Part shown: in pieces, positions 30,753-40,890 of the stretch
Layout: each line of letters begins with the position of its first letter
Position numbering within the stretch: the first letter of the stretch is position 1
NCBI RefSeq assembly: GCF_041679265.1
Contig: NZ_JBGFSM010000008.1
Span: 124,877 to 188,876, forward strand
Origin: Zunongwangia sp. H14
GTDB taxonomy: Bacteria; Bacteroidota; Bacteroidia; Flavobacteriales; Flavobacteriaceae
Reading direction: 5' to 3'
Length of the DNA: 64,000 nucleotides
The notes under the pieces: generated by a model
The model's database searches: none
What the model saw: the letters and a program-made list of their open reading frames with translations, nothing else
What the model was told of the DNA's origin: nothing
Position numbers and translations under genes: made by a program

Positions 30753-32486
30753 TTAAATTATAAGCCGCACTTCCCCAAGTTCCTGGACGCGGTAAGGGAA
30801 ATGATCTCCCGGCGACCCTATAAACATGAAATTGGTGGGGATATTCCAGCGTTTAGATAATTCTTCAATTTTTTCCGGCCCAAATTCACCTTCTTCAACT
30901 ATAAATTCAATGTGAATTTCAGGATAAGCGCGATCCAGGACCTCCAGGTCTTTTTCCAGATTTTCAGGTATTTTGTCTCCCTCTTTTACCACCATTACAA
31001 TTTTTAATTTTCGGGTAGGTTCATTCTTTTTAATATAAAGCATCACCTTATTGAGAGTTTCCACATTGTCCCCACCGGTGAAAAAGACGAATTCTTTCCC
31101 GCTTATTTCAGCCAGTTTGTATTTGGTACTTCGGTTTAAACTTTTAAAAACGTGACTGCCTTTGGGAAGTAACCTGCGAATTGCGATAAGAAAACCTCGC
31201 AGGATATAGTGCCTGTAGAGCATAAAATAAATGACTAACAGGGTGGGAATTAGATATTCTATAAAAATGAGCAGGTAGGGGGGATTAAGGATGATATTTC
31301 CCACTATAGCGGTTATCACCGCTGCAATGGCAATAAATAAGGCAATCCATGAGGCCTTCTCTGGCCGTGGTAGTCTTCCCCGGTTAAGTTTAAGCAGAAT
31401 ATTTCCCACCCCAAACAGGGCCATTACGGACAGGAAGGCGATGGTATAAACGCCGGCAAGCTTAGCAAGGTTACCACTGGTAACCAGTAGAATGGAAACG
31501 GCCAGTACAAAAAAGAGCAGGTAAATAATGTAAGAACTGCCTTTAGCATTTTTCTTCATTAGTAAACGTGGCAAAATTCTGTCCAGCGCCATCCTTTCCA
31601 TCAGGCCGCCAACCCCCACATAGCTGGTGAGTACTGCACCGCTTAACACTAATGCCGCATCCAGGCTAACCAGGAAAGAGAGCCAGCTTCCACCGGAAAT
31701 CCCCCCTAAAAAAGAAAGCAAAGCTTCCTGGTGTTCTCCCGCGACATCAATGGGCAAAATTGCCAAAGCGAGAAATGCCAGCAACGGATTGAAGATGCTT
31801 ACTACAATCCACATATTGCGCAGCGTTTTTGGAAACACTCCTTCTTTTTGCTCTTCAACATAATTTGCTGAACTCTCAAAACCGCTAATCCCCAGCATTG
31901 CTGCGGAAAAACCAAAGATAAGTGCCATGGTCACGCTGCCTTCTACGGGCATTTCAAAATTCCGCAGTAAAACATCGAAGCCGTGCGTAAAGAAAAAATA
32001 AATACAGAAACCCGAAAGCAACGTGAGAGAACAAAGGTGGAACAGAAAAATGGCAATAGCCACTTTAGAAGATTCCCCAATTCCTAAAATTACCAATCCC
32101 ATAAATACGAGCAATAGCCCTATGGTTACCGGAAGAATAGGGATAACATGCCAGATACTATGGGCATAATGTATGGCTTCTGTGGCAGATATTACTGCTG
32201 TGGCCATATAAGATAATACCGTAAGAGCTGCCGCCAGAGCCGCTGTGGATTTTTTAGTAGTATTGAGCAATGCGTTATACGCGCCTCCGTTTAAAGGCAA
32301 TGCGCCTACAACTTCTCCATATATTCTACGAAAAAGGAACAGGACGCCCGCAACCATTAAAAGTGAAATCCAGGCATATTGCCCGGCGTAAAAAATTGAA
32401 AGTGCTGAAACATAGAGGCAGGAAGAGCTAATATCATTACCGCAAATTGCGGTTGCCTCCAGTTGGTTTAATTTCTTTTTGGCCAT
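30753..32486 (-). CDS. APC-superfamily amino acid/polyamine permease with ~150 aa cytoplasmic C-terminal domain
   Basis: 12-TM core (ICGNDISSSCLYVS, GALPLNGGAYNALL) plus a soluble C-terminal extension. Confidence 0.7.
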   Translation of the reverse strand: MAKKKLNQLEATAICGNDISSSCLYVSALSIFYAGQYAWISLLMVAGVLFLFRRIYGEVVGALPLNGGAYNALLNTTKKSTAALAAALTVLSYMATAVISATEAIHYAHSIWHVIPILPVTIGLLLVFMGLVILGIGESSKVAIAIFLFHLCSLTLLSGFCIYFFFTHGFDVLLRNFEMPVEGSVTMALIFGFSAAMLGISGFESSANYVEEQKEGVFPKTLRNMWIVVSIFNPLLAFLALAILPIDVAGEHQEALLSFLGGISGGSWLSFLVSLDAALVLSGAVLTSYVGVGGLMERMALDRILPRLLMKKNAKGSSYIIYLLFFVLAVSILLVTSGNLAKLAGVYTIAFLSVMALFGVGNILLKLNRGRLPRPEKASWIALFIAIAAVITAIVGNIILNPPYLLIFIEYLIPTLLVIYFMLYRHYILRGFLIAIRRLLPKGSHVFKSLNRSTKYKLAEISGKEFVFFTGGDNVETLNKVMLYIKKNEPTRKLKIVMVVKEGDKIPENLEKDLEVLDRAYPEIHIEFIVEEGEFGPEKIEELSKRWNIPTNFMFIGSPGDHFPYRVQELGEVRLII

Positions 32487-32730
32487 ATTGTATAAACTTC
32501 AATATAAAATTACGCAAGATTTCCTTGTTTCGCCTAAACAAGCTGTTAAAGCTGCTGCTGCTCTTTTAACAAAATTCAGGATCATCTCAAAAATACATTA
32601 GCCCAAGCTTTGGCTTTCCACGTCTTTTCCCATGATAAGGCAAAGAAATTTCATTTCTGGCTTAATACCGGTTTGATAGAAGCCAATTACTTTTACAGTT
32701 TTCTTCTAAAACAGGCCGTTTCAGTAAAAA

Positions 32731-33618
32731 TTATTGATTATTTTCTGCCTGCAGGCTGTCGTAAAAAGTAGCCCTTATTTTAGGCCCGCTAATAAAACTA
32801 TCTTTTACTTCAGCATCGGTATAATAAGAACTGGTGAGGCTTTCATCTTCTATTATTTGTTCGCGGGAAGCACCATTTGAGATCGCGCTAAGAACATTTT
32901 CACGAATCCCTTTAAGCATTTCCAGGTACTGCCGGTAATCTTCATAACCGGCAGGCGCCCCGTGACCCGGAATAATTCTAGTGTTTTTATTAATAATAGC
33001 CAAGCCCTGCTGTGCTGCTTCAATATCTCCTGCCACACTGCCGCCGCTATCCAGATCTATGTAAGGGAAAGCTCCATTAAAAAAAGTATCCCCGGTGTGC
33101 AGCACATTTCCCTGAGGCAGGTATATAATAGCATCGCCATCTGTATGGGCATTATGCACATGCAGGGCCATAACGTCATTCCCGTTAAGATGCAGGCTTA
33201 TTTCTTCATTAAAAGTAATTACCGGCAGTTTATCTTCAGCAGGATGCTCATTATTTTCTTTCAATCTCTGGCGCACATTTTCCTGGGCGAGCAGTACTGC
33301 ACCGCTTTCTTTAAAATTGGCGTTTCCGCCGGTATGGTCTCCATGGAAATGGGTATTTAGCAGAAACTTTACCGGTTGACCCGATAAAGAATCTAAAACC
33401 GCTTTTATTTTCGGAGAAAGTTCAGCAAACTGGTCATCGATCATAAAAACACCATCATTACCCGTAAGAACGCCAATATTCCCACCGCGGCCAGTAAGCA
33501 TATAGATGTTTTCACTCATGGGAATCACCTTTATTTTTACATTATCCATATCCTGAAAAGCCCACAATGGAATGGCAGAAAGTAGCAGCAATACGCTTAA
33601 AATGTAATTCTTTTTCAT
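32731..33618 (-). CDS. secreted MBL-fold metallo-hydrolase
   Basis: Signal peptide, then the HFHGDHTGG metal-binding motif. Confidence 0.8.
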   Translation of the reverse strand: MKKNYILSVLLLLSAIPLWAFQDMDNVKIKVIPMSENIYMLTGRGGNIGVLTGNDGVFMIDDQFAELSPKIKAVLDSLSGQPVKFLLNTHFHGDHTGGNANFKESGAVLLAQENVRQRLKENNEHPAEDKLPVITFNEEISLHLNGNDVMALHVHNAHTDGDAIIYLPQGNVLHTGDTFFNGAFPYIDLDSGGSVAGDIEAAQQGLAIINKNTRIIPGHGAPAGYEDYRQYLEMLKGIRENVLSAISNGASREQIIEDESLTSSYYTDAEVKDSFISGPKIRATFYDSLQAENNQ

Positions 33619-33738
33619 AAAATTCTTTTTGAGACCCTAAGTCCTGTTTGGGAAAGTTAATAATATTATCAGTAAATAACAGAAAGATAAAGGTTAAGCT
33701 TCAGCAGCAGTAGCGTTTTTCTCTAACCTGTATTATGA

Positions 33739-34743
33739 TCATTTCTTTTTTCTCAATGGTATTTCCAGTTTGTTCTGCAGAAAATCAAGAATTTCCCTTA
33801 GCACCACCTGTGTATCGTTAGACCTGATTGCACTTCCTAAGAAATGTGTTCCCGGGGTTGCTAAAGGCTGTAGCTTCACCAGGCTGTCTGGGGTGGAAAA
33901 CTTCTTATGCACTTCAGAATATATTTCAATTTCTACATGTTCATCTTCCTTCCAGAAATTTTCATGATAATAGAGTGTTAAGACGGGGCAGGTAACTTTC
34001 CTGAAGGTTTCCGGCACCATGGTAGAGCCCACCAGCACTTGCAAATTTACAAGGGCTTCAGCGGGATAAATAGTATCAAAATATTGTGCTGCCTGTGGCT
34101 CTTCATATTCAATTTTCTTCTCTCCCATGGTTACGAGATTGGCAATTTCATACCCCCAGCGGGTGTTGAGCATAAAAGCTCCCATTTGATCATCTTTTAA
34201 ATTTGGAGACATGTTTATAATTGCAAAAACACTTTCGGGAAACTCGGCAGCAAGTTTAATAGCTAAGGTGCCTCCGGTGGAAGTACTCAGGATAATCACC
34301 TTTTTCCCTATTTTCTTTCCTATGGCCAGTGCTTCCCGGGCAGAATTCCAGGCTGCTTCCGCAGAAAAAGTTTTCATAGCGGCAGGAGGTTTAAGCCCAT
34401 GGCCCGCCCATCTGGCCAGGTACAAGTTTGCGCCAAGGCTATCTGCCAATTGCATGTTAACCGGGTATCCATCCCGGTAACTTCCGGAGAAGCCATGGAG
34501 GTAAACAATGCTGTATTCTGTAATCTGCGGTGGCTCCTGTTGGAAAATAATGCGTGCTTCATTATCTCTCCGCACCGGCATACTATCTTCTTTTCGGGCT
34601 ATATTTTCCTGAAGTTCTTCAAAATTATTGGGGAGTTGAGGTAATGTATTTCCATATAACGGATTTGGTGAAGAAGGTCCTACAAAGTAGGTGATGGTTA
34701 TACAAATTAGAAAAATGAGGAGAATCCAGTATCTTTTTTTCAT
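33739..34743 (-). CDS. secreted alpha/beta-hydrolase
   Basis: Signal/TM N-terminus and a GxSxG-type nucleophile elbow (LSTSTGG), with alpha/beta-hydrolase topology. Confidence 0.6.
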   Translation of the reverse strand: MKKRYWILLIFLICITITYFVGPSSPNPLYGNTLPQLPNNFEELQENIARKEDSMPVRRDNEARIIFQQEPPQITEYSIVYLHGFSGSYRDGYPVNMQLADSLGANLYLARWAGHGLKPPAAMKTFSAEAAWNSAREALAIGKKIGKKVIILSTSTGGTLAIKLAAEFPESVFAIINMSPNLKDDQMGAFMLNTRWGYEIANLVTMGEKKIEYEEPQAAQYFDTIYPAEALVNLQVLVGSTMVPETFRKVTCPVLTLYYHENFWKEDEHVEIEIYSEVHKKFSTPDSLVKLQPLATPGTHFLGSAIRSNDTQVVLREILDFLQNKLEIPLRKKK

Positions 34744-34891
34744 CTAGCTGCAAAATGGAAGGAACAAAGGTATAATATCCTTTAGAAATGCTCTATTAAA
34801 GCGGCCTTCCTATATCTTAAAAGCCGTTAAAGTTTCGATTTTTTCCTTTTCTTCATTTAATTTTAAATAACAGAAAATTTAAAAATAAGGA

Positions 34892-35866
34892 ATGAACGAA
34901 GAATTATACCTGATTATTGGCGCTGTACTATTGATTCTTGTTGTTTATGATTTTTTCTTCACCACCCTTTCCGGAAGTGGTGCCGGGCTTATTACCAAAC
35001 CGGTTTCTAAATTTACTTATAAAATCTCACGATTAATTGCCGGGATATTTGGCAGAAAGGTCTATAACTTTAGCGGCCTCGCGGTAAATCTGGTAGTGTT
35101 GGTAGTTTGGGTATTAATGGTATGGCTGGGATTGTTCCTGTTGTATTCTTCTAACCCCTCGGGAATAGTAGATAGTAAAGGAGTGGTTGCGACAGACTGG
35201 GAGCGGCTTTATTTTACCGGATACACCATTTCCACCCTGGGAATGGGGAATTTTAAACCAGTAACCGTACTTTTTGAAATTTTCACCAGTTGCTTTTCCT
35301 TTTTCGGTTTTATTTTCTTTACAAGTTCCATGACTTACCTGCTGTCAGTATCCTCAGCTCTCATCAATAAAAGGTCTTTAGCCTTAAGCGTTCAAAACTT
35401 AGGAAAGGACCCTCAGGATATTGCTGAAAAGATCCTGAAAATGAACACGGCTTATAGTTACCAGCAATTTCTTACCCTTCAGGAAAAAATAGATCGGCAT
35501 GCGGTGAATCACCAGGCATACCCTGTTTTGCATTTTTACAGCCATAAAGATTCTGAAGTTTGCCTAAGTATAAATCTTACCAGGTTGGATGAGGCTTTAA
35601 ATATATTATTAAGTTCTCCCGAAGCGGGAGATTTAAGAAGAGAGCTTCAACCTTTGAGGATTGCCATTACCAGGTTTTTAAAACATATTAATGAGAACTA
35701 TCTTCATGTATCTTCTTCTGAAGAAAAAACGGTAAAATCTTATCCATTTCCTTACCAGACCACGGGAGTGGAGGAGGAGTCACTGGACAAACGAAGGAAT
35801 ATTCTTTTAGCACTGCTAAAAAGCGAAAGTTTTACCTGGGATGATGTAACCGGACAAAATAAATAA
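34892..35866 (+). CDS. two-TM ion-channel-like membrane protein (Ion_trans_2/KcsA-like pore) with cytoplasmic C-terminal domain
   Basis: TM1 LAVNLVVLVVWVLMVWLGLFLL, pore-helix-plus-filter WERLYFTGYTISTLGMGNF, TM2 VTVLFEIFTSCFSFFGFIFF. The filter reads TxxTxGMG rather than GYG. Confidence 0.5.
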   Translation: MNEELYLIIGAVLLILVVYDFFFTTLSGSGAGLITKPVSKFTYKISRLIAGIFGRKVYNFSGLAVNLVVLVVWVLMVWLGLFLLYSSNPSGIVDSKGVVATDWERLYFTGYTISTLGMGNFKPVTVLFEIFTSCFSFFGFIFFTSSMTYLLSVSSALINKRSLALSVQNLGKDPQDIAEKILKMNTAYSYQQFLTLQEKIDRHAVNHQAYPVLHFYSHKDSEVCLSINLTRLDEALNILLSSPEAGDLRRELQPLRIAITRFLKHINENYLHVSSSEEKTVKSYPFPYQTTGVEEESLDKRRNILLALLKSESFTWDDVTGQNK

Positions 35867-38425
35867 TTAGCGTACTTCTTTACGCAGAATAACAAGCGGT
35901 GGGCTTTTAATTACACTAACGCTGTTGCTTAAGCCAATAACCAGGACTAAAATTATAATTCCCGGCAATAAGAGCAGGAAAGGAGCGGCAGATGGAATAA
36001 AGGAAGATTCAAATACCTGCCATGCCAGGATCTGGCTGCTTAGCAAGGATAAAAGGATTCCTGATAAAGCTCCTAGAAGCCCCAGGTAAAAATATTCCAA
36101 TGCCAGGATTTTAAAAATCTGTTTGCTGCGTGCCCCCAGTGTCCTTAGAAGCACACTTTCTTTAATCCGCTGATATTTACTGGTCCTCACTGCGCCCAAT
36201 AACACGATAATCCCCGTAAAGATGCTGAAAAAAGCCATAAAATTGATAAGCCAGGAAATTTTGCCAAGGATACCTTCTATTACCGTAAGCACCTGCCTGA
36301 GGTCGATAATAGAAATATTAGGAAATTTTTGTACCAGGTCTTTTTGTAATGCTGCGGAAGATCGCTCATTGGGGACTTTGGTAGTAAAAACGCGAAACTG
36401 TGGGGCATCTTCAAGCACTCCTGTTGGAAATACTATCGAAAAATTTAGCTGCATTCGGCTCCAGTCTACCATCCTTATGCTTCCAATTACAGTATTTAGT
36501 AAAACTCCCTGAACATTAAAGCTTACCTCATCTCCTACAGAAACACCGGCATCTTCAGCAAAATTATTGCTAACCGAGATGGGGATAGTATTCATACCAC
36601 TGGCAGTAGGAGTCCAGGTCCCGCTTTGCAGGGTTTCAGAATTAATTAAACTATCGCGGTAAGTAGTGCGGAATTCATGGTGAAGAATCCATCCATTTAT
36701 CCTGGATGTGGTATCTTTTCTAATTTCATCTACACTTTTGCCTTTTATACGCTGCACATTCATGGTGACAATAGGAATATTCTCAAGTACTTCCAGGTTA
36801 TTATTTTTGATCGCCCGGCTTACTTCTTCCTGTTGCGGACTCTGTACGTCCAGAAGGATCATATTGGGGCTGTTGGCCTGGGATTCTATAGAAGCCTGGG
36901 CCAACAGCATATCTTTGGTAAAATAAAGGGTGCTTATGAGAAAAGTGCCAACGCCAATAGCCAGGACCAGGATCAAAGTTTGATTTTGAGGCCGGAAGAG
37001 GTTAAGCAGGCTTTGCCTTGCCACGAAGCCCCAGGAGGTAGGGAAGAATTTTTTGATGGCCTTCATGAACAAGTGAGCCACTCCAGCCAGGATAGAAAAG
37101 GTGATAATAATGCCGGCCACAAACGAAAAGGAATAGCTCCAGTCCTTTAATATCCAGTAGGAAAATAGCAGGATAAAAAGAAAGATCCCTCCAAGAACCA
37201 GGGTCCCTGCTTTCCCAGATCGCGATCTGCCTTTTGCCTCTGCTCTTAGCGCCTGCAATGGAGAAACGTAGAGTGTGCTCATTAACGGGTAAAGAGCAAA
37301 AAGAACAGACATACTAATTCCCAGGGCTAAACCCATTGCAATTGCCTGCGGGGCTAGCGAGATCTCTACATTTACAGGTAGAAATTCTCCAAGAAGCAAA
37401 GGGAATACCTGTTGCAGCAGCAATCCTCCAATAGTTCCAATTACCCCCCCTAAAAAACCTATTGCTGCAATCTGGATAAGGTAGATTAAAAATGTTTGTT
37501 TTTTACTGGCTCCCAAACATTTTAAAACAGCTACAGCCCGCAATTTTTCCTTAATGTAGATATGAATGGCACTAGCGATGCCCACACATCCCAGAAGTAA
37601 AGCTATAAAAGCGACAAGGTTTAAGAATTTTCCAAAATTCTCATACCTGCGTCCCATCCTGCGGCTGGTAGAAAGATGGGTATCGAGATCGGCGTCTTCC
37701 TGGTCCAACCTGGAATCTAATTGCTCATCCAGCTTTTCCATGTCCATCCCGGCAGGCGCTACAAAATAATACTTATAATCTATCCGGCTACCTGTTTGTA
37801 TCAACCCTGTTTCTTCTATAAACCTATATGGAATAAGCACGGGAGGAGCAACAGAACTGAAAATGGCAGTACTCCCGGGAACAGATTTAAGAGCGCCGGC
37901 CACCGGGAGGCTAATACTACCTATTTTTATACTGTCACCGGGCTGAATTCCCATTTGCAGCATCACCGTGGCATCTACCAGGGCGCCACCGGTTTCCTGA
38001 TATACATTAGCGGCTTCAGGGGGATTGGTTTCTAAAGCTCCGTAAAATGGAAAATTTCCTTCAATACCTCGTACCTGGACCAGTTTGGCGGCATCATTTT
38101 TACTAAAAGCGGCCATAGAGGCAAAATTAATTTCCTGTGCGTTTGCCCCTCCAAGGGAATCCATAATTTTTTCCACTTCTTCATTGGCGGGATGATCGCT
38201 GTCTATAATATAATCTGCTCCCATCAGCGATTTGGACTGCAGGGAGATATTCTTTTTTAAATTATCGCCAAAAGATTGAATAGAAACCACGGCGGCAATT
38301 CCCAGAATAATAGATGCCATAAAAAGGCTGAGTTTTTTGCCGCTCGCCCGGCCATCCCTCCAGGCCATCTTAAATATCCAGCCTAGTGCCGTTTTAGGAC
38401 TATAATTGTTACTATTCTCTACCAT
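35867..38425 (-). CDS. ABC transporter permease, FtsX/MacB-like with two FtsX domains (YbbP-like)
   Basis: 852 aa with duplicated 4-TM FtsX modules and large periplasmic loops. It overlaps the upstream ATPase gene by 7 nt. Confidence 0.8.
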   Translation of the reverse strand: MVENSNNYSPKTALGWIFKMAWRDGRASGKKLSLFMASIILGIAAVVSIQSFGDNLKKNISLQSKSLMGADYIIDSDHPANEEVEKIMDSLGGANAQEINFASMAAFSKNDAAKLVQVRGIEGNFPFYGALETNPPEAANVYQETGGALVDATVMLQMGIQPGDSIKIGSISLPVAGALKSVPGSTAIFSSVAPPVLIPYRFIEETGLIQTGSRIDYKYYFVAPAGMDMEKLDEQLDSRLDQEDADLDTHLSTSRRMGRRYENFGKFLNLVAFIALLLGCVGIASAIHIYIKEKLRAVAVLKCLGASKKQTFLIYLIQIAAIGFLGGVIGTIGGLLLQQVFPLLLGEFLPVNVEISLAPQAIAMGLALGISMSVLFALYPLMSTLYVSPLQALRAEAKGRSRSGKAGTLVLGGIFLFILLFSYWILKDWSYSFSFVAGIIITFSILAGVAHLFMKAIKKFFPTSWGFVARQSLLNLFRPQNQTLILVLAIGVGTFLISTLYFTKDMLLAQASIESQANSPNMILLDVQSPQQEEVSRAIKNNNLEVLENIPIVTMNVQRIKGKSVDEIRKDTTSRINGWILHHEFRTTYRDSLINSETLQSGTWTPTASGMNTIPISVSNNFAEDAGVSVGDEVSFNVQGVLLNTVIGSIRMVDWSRMQLNFSIVFPTGVLEDAPQFRVFTTKVPNERSSAALQKDLVQKFPNISIIDLRQVLTVIEGILGKISWLINFMAFFSIFTGIIVLLGAVRTSKYQRIKESVLLRTLGARSKQIFKILALEYFYLGLLGALSGILLSLLSSQILAWQVFESSFIPSAAPFLLLLPGIIILVLVIGLSNSVSVIKSPPLVILRKEVR

Positions 38426-39108
38426 TTATGAGCGCTGGTGTTAGAGATGATTCTTCCTCCCTTGAGCTTTAAAATGCGGCCGGTTTTTTGGGCAAGTTCA
38501 ATATCATGGGTTACTATAATAAGCGTGGTGCCAAGATCTTTGTTGAGATCAAATAGTAGTTGTTCTACTTTCTCACCGGTTTCAGCATCCAGGTTTCCGG
38601 TGGGTTCATCAGCAAAAAGAACTTCGGGCTTATTGGAAAAAGCCCGTGCCAGGGCCACCCGTTGTTGTTCTCCTCCGGAAAGTTGTGATGGGTAGTGATG
38701 AAATCTATCGGCAAGGCCTACTTTTTCCAATAATTCCATTCCGTATTTTGAAGCATTCTTAACCGATTGCAATTCTAATGGAACGGCTACATTCTCTAGC
38801 GCAGTTAAGGTTGGCAACAATTGAAAATCCTGAAATACAAATCCAACATTCCTGTTTCTAAGCAATGCCCTGCCATCTTCATTAAGTTTTTCCAGATTTT
38901 GGCCGCATAAGTTAATGCTTCCTGAATCTGCACGGTCCAAACCCGCACAAAGTCCCAGTAAAGTGGTCTTACCACTTCCAGAAGGACCAACAATGGCAAA
39001 ACTTTCTCCTTTCTCTACCTTAAAGCTAATGTTATCCAGTACCTTTAAAGTTTTATTTCCGCTGGAATAGGTTTTTCCCAGGTTGTTTACCTCTAAAATT
39101 TTTGCCAT
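38419..39108 (-). CDS. ABC transporter ATP-binding protein (YbbA/LolD-like)
   Basis: Walker A (GPSGSGKTTLL), signature (LSGGEQQRVALARA) and Walker B (LFADEPTGNLD). Confidence 0.9.
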   Translation of the reverse strand: MAKILEVNNLGKTYSSGNKTLKVLDNISFKVEKGESFAIVGPSGSGKTTLLGLCAGLDRADSGSINLCGQNLEKLNEDGRALLRNRNVGFVFQDFQLLPTLTALENVAVPLELQSVKNASKYGMELLEKVGLADRFHHYPSQLSGGEQQRVALARAFSNKPEVLFADEPTGNLDAETGEKVEQLLFDLNKDLGTTLIIVTHDIELAQKTGRILKLKGGRIISNTSAHKW

Positions 39109-39172
39109 CTTACCTGTTGTTTCGTGCTGAAGCAGACAAAATAAAAAAAGATTTCTATTTAAAGGAACTGTT

Positions 39173-39871
39173 ATGAAGAACTTAGGATTATGTTGTGCTT
39201 TGTTGATGCTTTTAACCTTTTCTTGTGGAAAGAATAAAGAGAAGAAGGAAGAACAAATTGAAAATCAGGAAGAGATTATCTCTGGTGGAAACAAGCGGGA
39301 AGAAAATGCTAAAACCATCCTGTTCTTTGGGAACAGTCTTACCGCAGGTCTTGGTTTGGAGAGTGATGAAACATTTCCTGCCATTATTCACCGGAAGGTT
39401 GACTCGCTGGACCTTAATTATAAAGTAATAAATGCCGGTTTAAGCGGGGAAACCACCGCCGCGGGAAAAAACAGGATCAATTGGGTGCTAAAACAAAACG
39501 TGGATGTTTTTGTACTGGAGCTTGGTGCTAATGACGGCCTTAGGGGAATTCCGCTTGAAGAGACCAGGCAAAACCTTCAGTCTATTATTAATATTGTGAA
39601 AAATAAAAATCCTGACACCAAAATTATCCTGGCCGGAATGCAGATTCCTCCAAATATGGGGCGGGAATATACTTCAGAATTTAAAAGTATTTTTCCGGAT
39701 CTTGCTGAAAAAAATAATGTGCATCTAATTCCGTTTTTACTTGAAGATGTAGCCGGGAAGCCCGAACTTAATCAACAGGATGGAATCCATCCCACGGCTG
39801 AAGGGCAGCAAATAGTGGCAGAAAATGTATGGGAAGTACTTGGCCCCATTTTAAAGGACAGCAAATCCTGA
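39173..39871 (+). CDS. SGNH/GDSL-family arylesterase-thioesterase (TesA-like) lipoprotein
   Basis: Lipobox LLTFSCGKN. Block I is ILFFGNSLTAG, i.e. the usual GDSL reads GNSL. Block V (DGIHPTAEGQQ) carries the Asp-x-x-His. It is divergent from ybbA-ybbP-like genes, as in E. coli. Confidence 0.7.
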   Translation: MKNLGLCCALLMLLTFSCGKNKEKKEEQIENQEEIISGGNKREENAKTILFFGNSLTAGLGLESDETFPAIIHRKVDSLDLNYKVINAGLSGETTAAGKNRINWVLKQNVDVFVLELGANDGLRGIPLEETRQNLQSIINIVKNKNPDTKIILAGMQIPPNMGREYTSEFKSIFPDLAEKNNVHLIPFLLEDVAGKPELNQQDGIHPTAEGQQIVAENVWEVLGPILKDSKS

Positions 39872-40031
39872 AAAAGCATCCTGTAAAGCTGCTCAACCTA
39901 GGAAAAGACAACAATATCCACTCATTATTGAAAACTAAGGAAATTTTAAGGATATATTTTCCTATAAATTAATATCTTCGGGAGTAATACAGGTAATTCT
40001 TACCTGGAAACGTAAAATCTAAAATTCAGAG

Positions 40032-40841
40032 ATGTTTTCAAAAAAAAATTTAAAGGCGGGGTGGTTAACTGTTGTTCTTTTAATACTCGCCATCCAGGCT
40101 AATGCCCAAAAACAATTTAATGTACTTTTAATTACAGAAACCGATGGCTGGCACCATGAATCTATAGAAGATGGGATAGACGCTGTTGAAGATTTGGCGG
40201 CAAGGCACAATTTTGGCCTCGAGCGGCAACAGGAAGCTCAAAAGATCACGGCGGAAAGGTTGAATGCATTTGATGCCGTAATTTTTCTGAATACCACGGC
40301 AGACATTTTTGATGAACAGGAGCAGGAAGCTTTTGAGAATTTTATTGAGGCAGGAAATGGATATGTTGGCGTACATGCCGCTTCAGACACTGAATATGAT
40401 TGGGAATGGTACACTAAACTGGTAGGAAGGATGTTCCATATTCACCCGGTTCAACAAACAGCAAGGCTGGATATTTTAGAGCATAACTTTCCAGGCCTGG
40501 AGCATTTCCCCGAGAAACTTTTATGGACAGACGAATGGTACGAGTTTGGAGAAGAAAAAACCAGTGGCCTGAATTACCTGGTCGCAGTAGATGAAAATTC
40601 TTATGATCCCGAAGTCACCTGGAAGAATCGCGATAAAGCCGAAAATGGCCAGATGCAGGACAGGGTTGGAAAGGGAATGGGAGATTTTCACCCTATTTCC
40701 TGGTACCATGAATACGATGGGGGAAGGGCTTTCTATACCGCTTTGGGGCATATTCCTGAAATTTATAAAAATCAGTGGTTTTTAGATCACCTTTATGGCG
40801 GTATTTATTATGCTGCTACTGGAAAAGGGATAGAGGAATAG
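40032..40841 (+). CDS. ThuA-domain protein (class-I glutamine-amidotransferase-like fold), secreted
   Basis: Signal peptide, then ThuA-like motifs (FNVLLITETDGWHH, FDAVIFLNTT, VGVHAASDT). Confidence 0.6.
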   Translation: MFSKKNLKAGWLTVVLLILAIQANAQKQFNVLLITETDGWHHESIEDGIDAVEDLAARHNFGLERQQEAQKITAERLNAFDAVIFLNTTADIFDEQEQEAFENFIEAGNGYVGVHAASDTEYDWEWYTKLVGRMFHIHPVQQTARLDILEHNFPGLEHFPEKLLWTDEWYEFGEEKTSGLNYLVAVDENSYDPEVTWKNRDKAENGQMQDRVGKGMGDFHPISWYHEYDGGRAFYTALGHIPEIYKNQWFLDHLYGGIYYAATGKGIEE

Positions 40842-40890
40842 ATTGCTTACTTTAGAAAGTTCAGAAATGAATTTTTAATAATTAATATTG

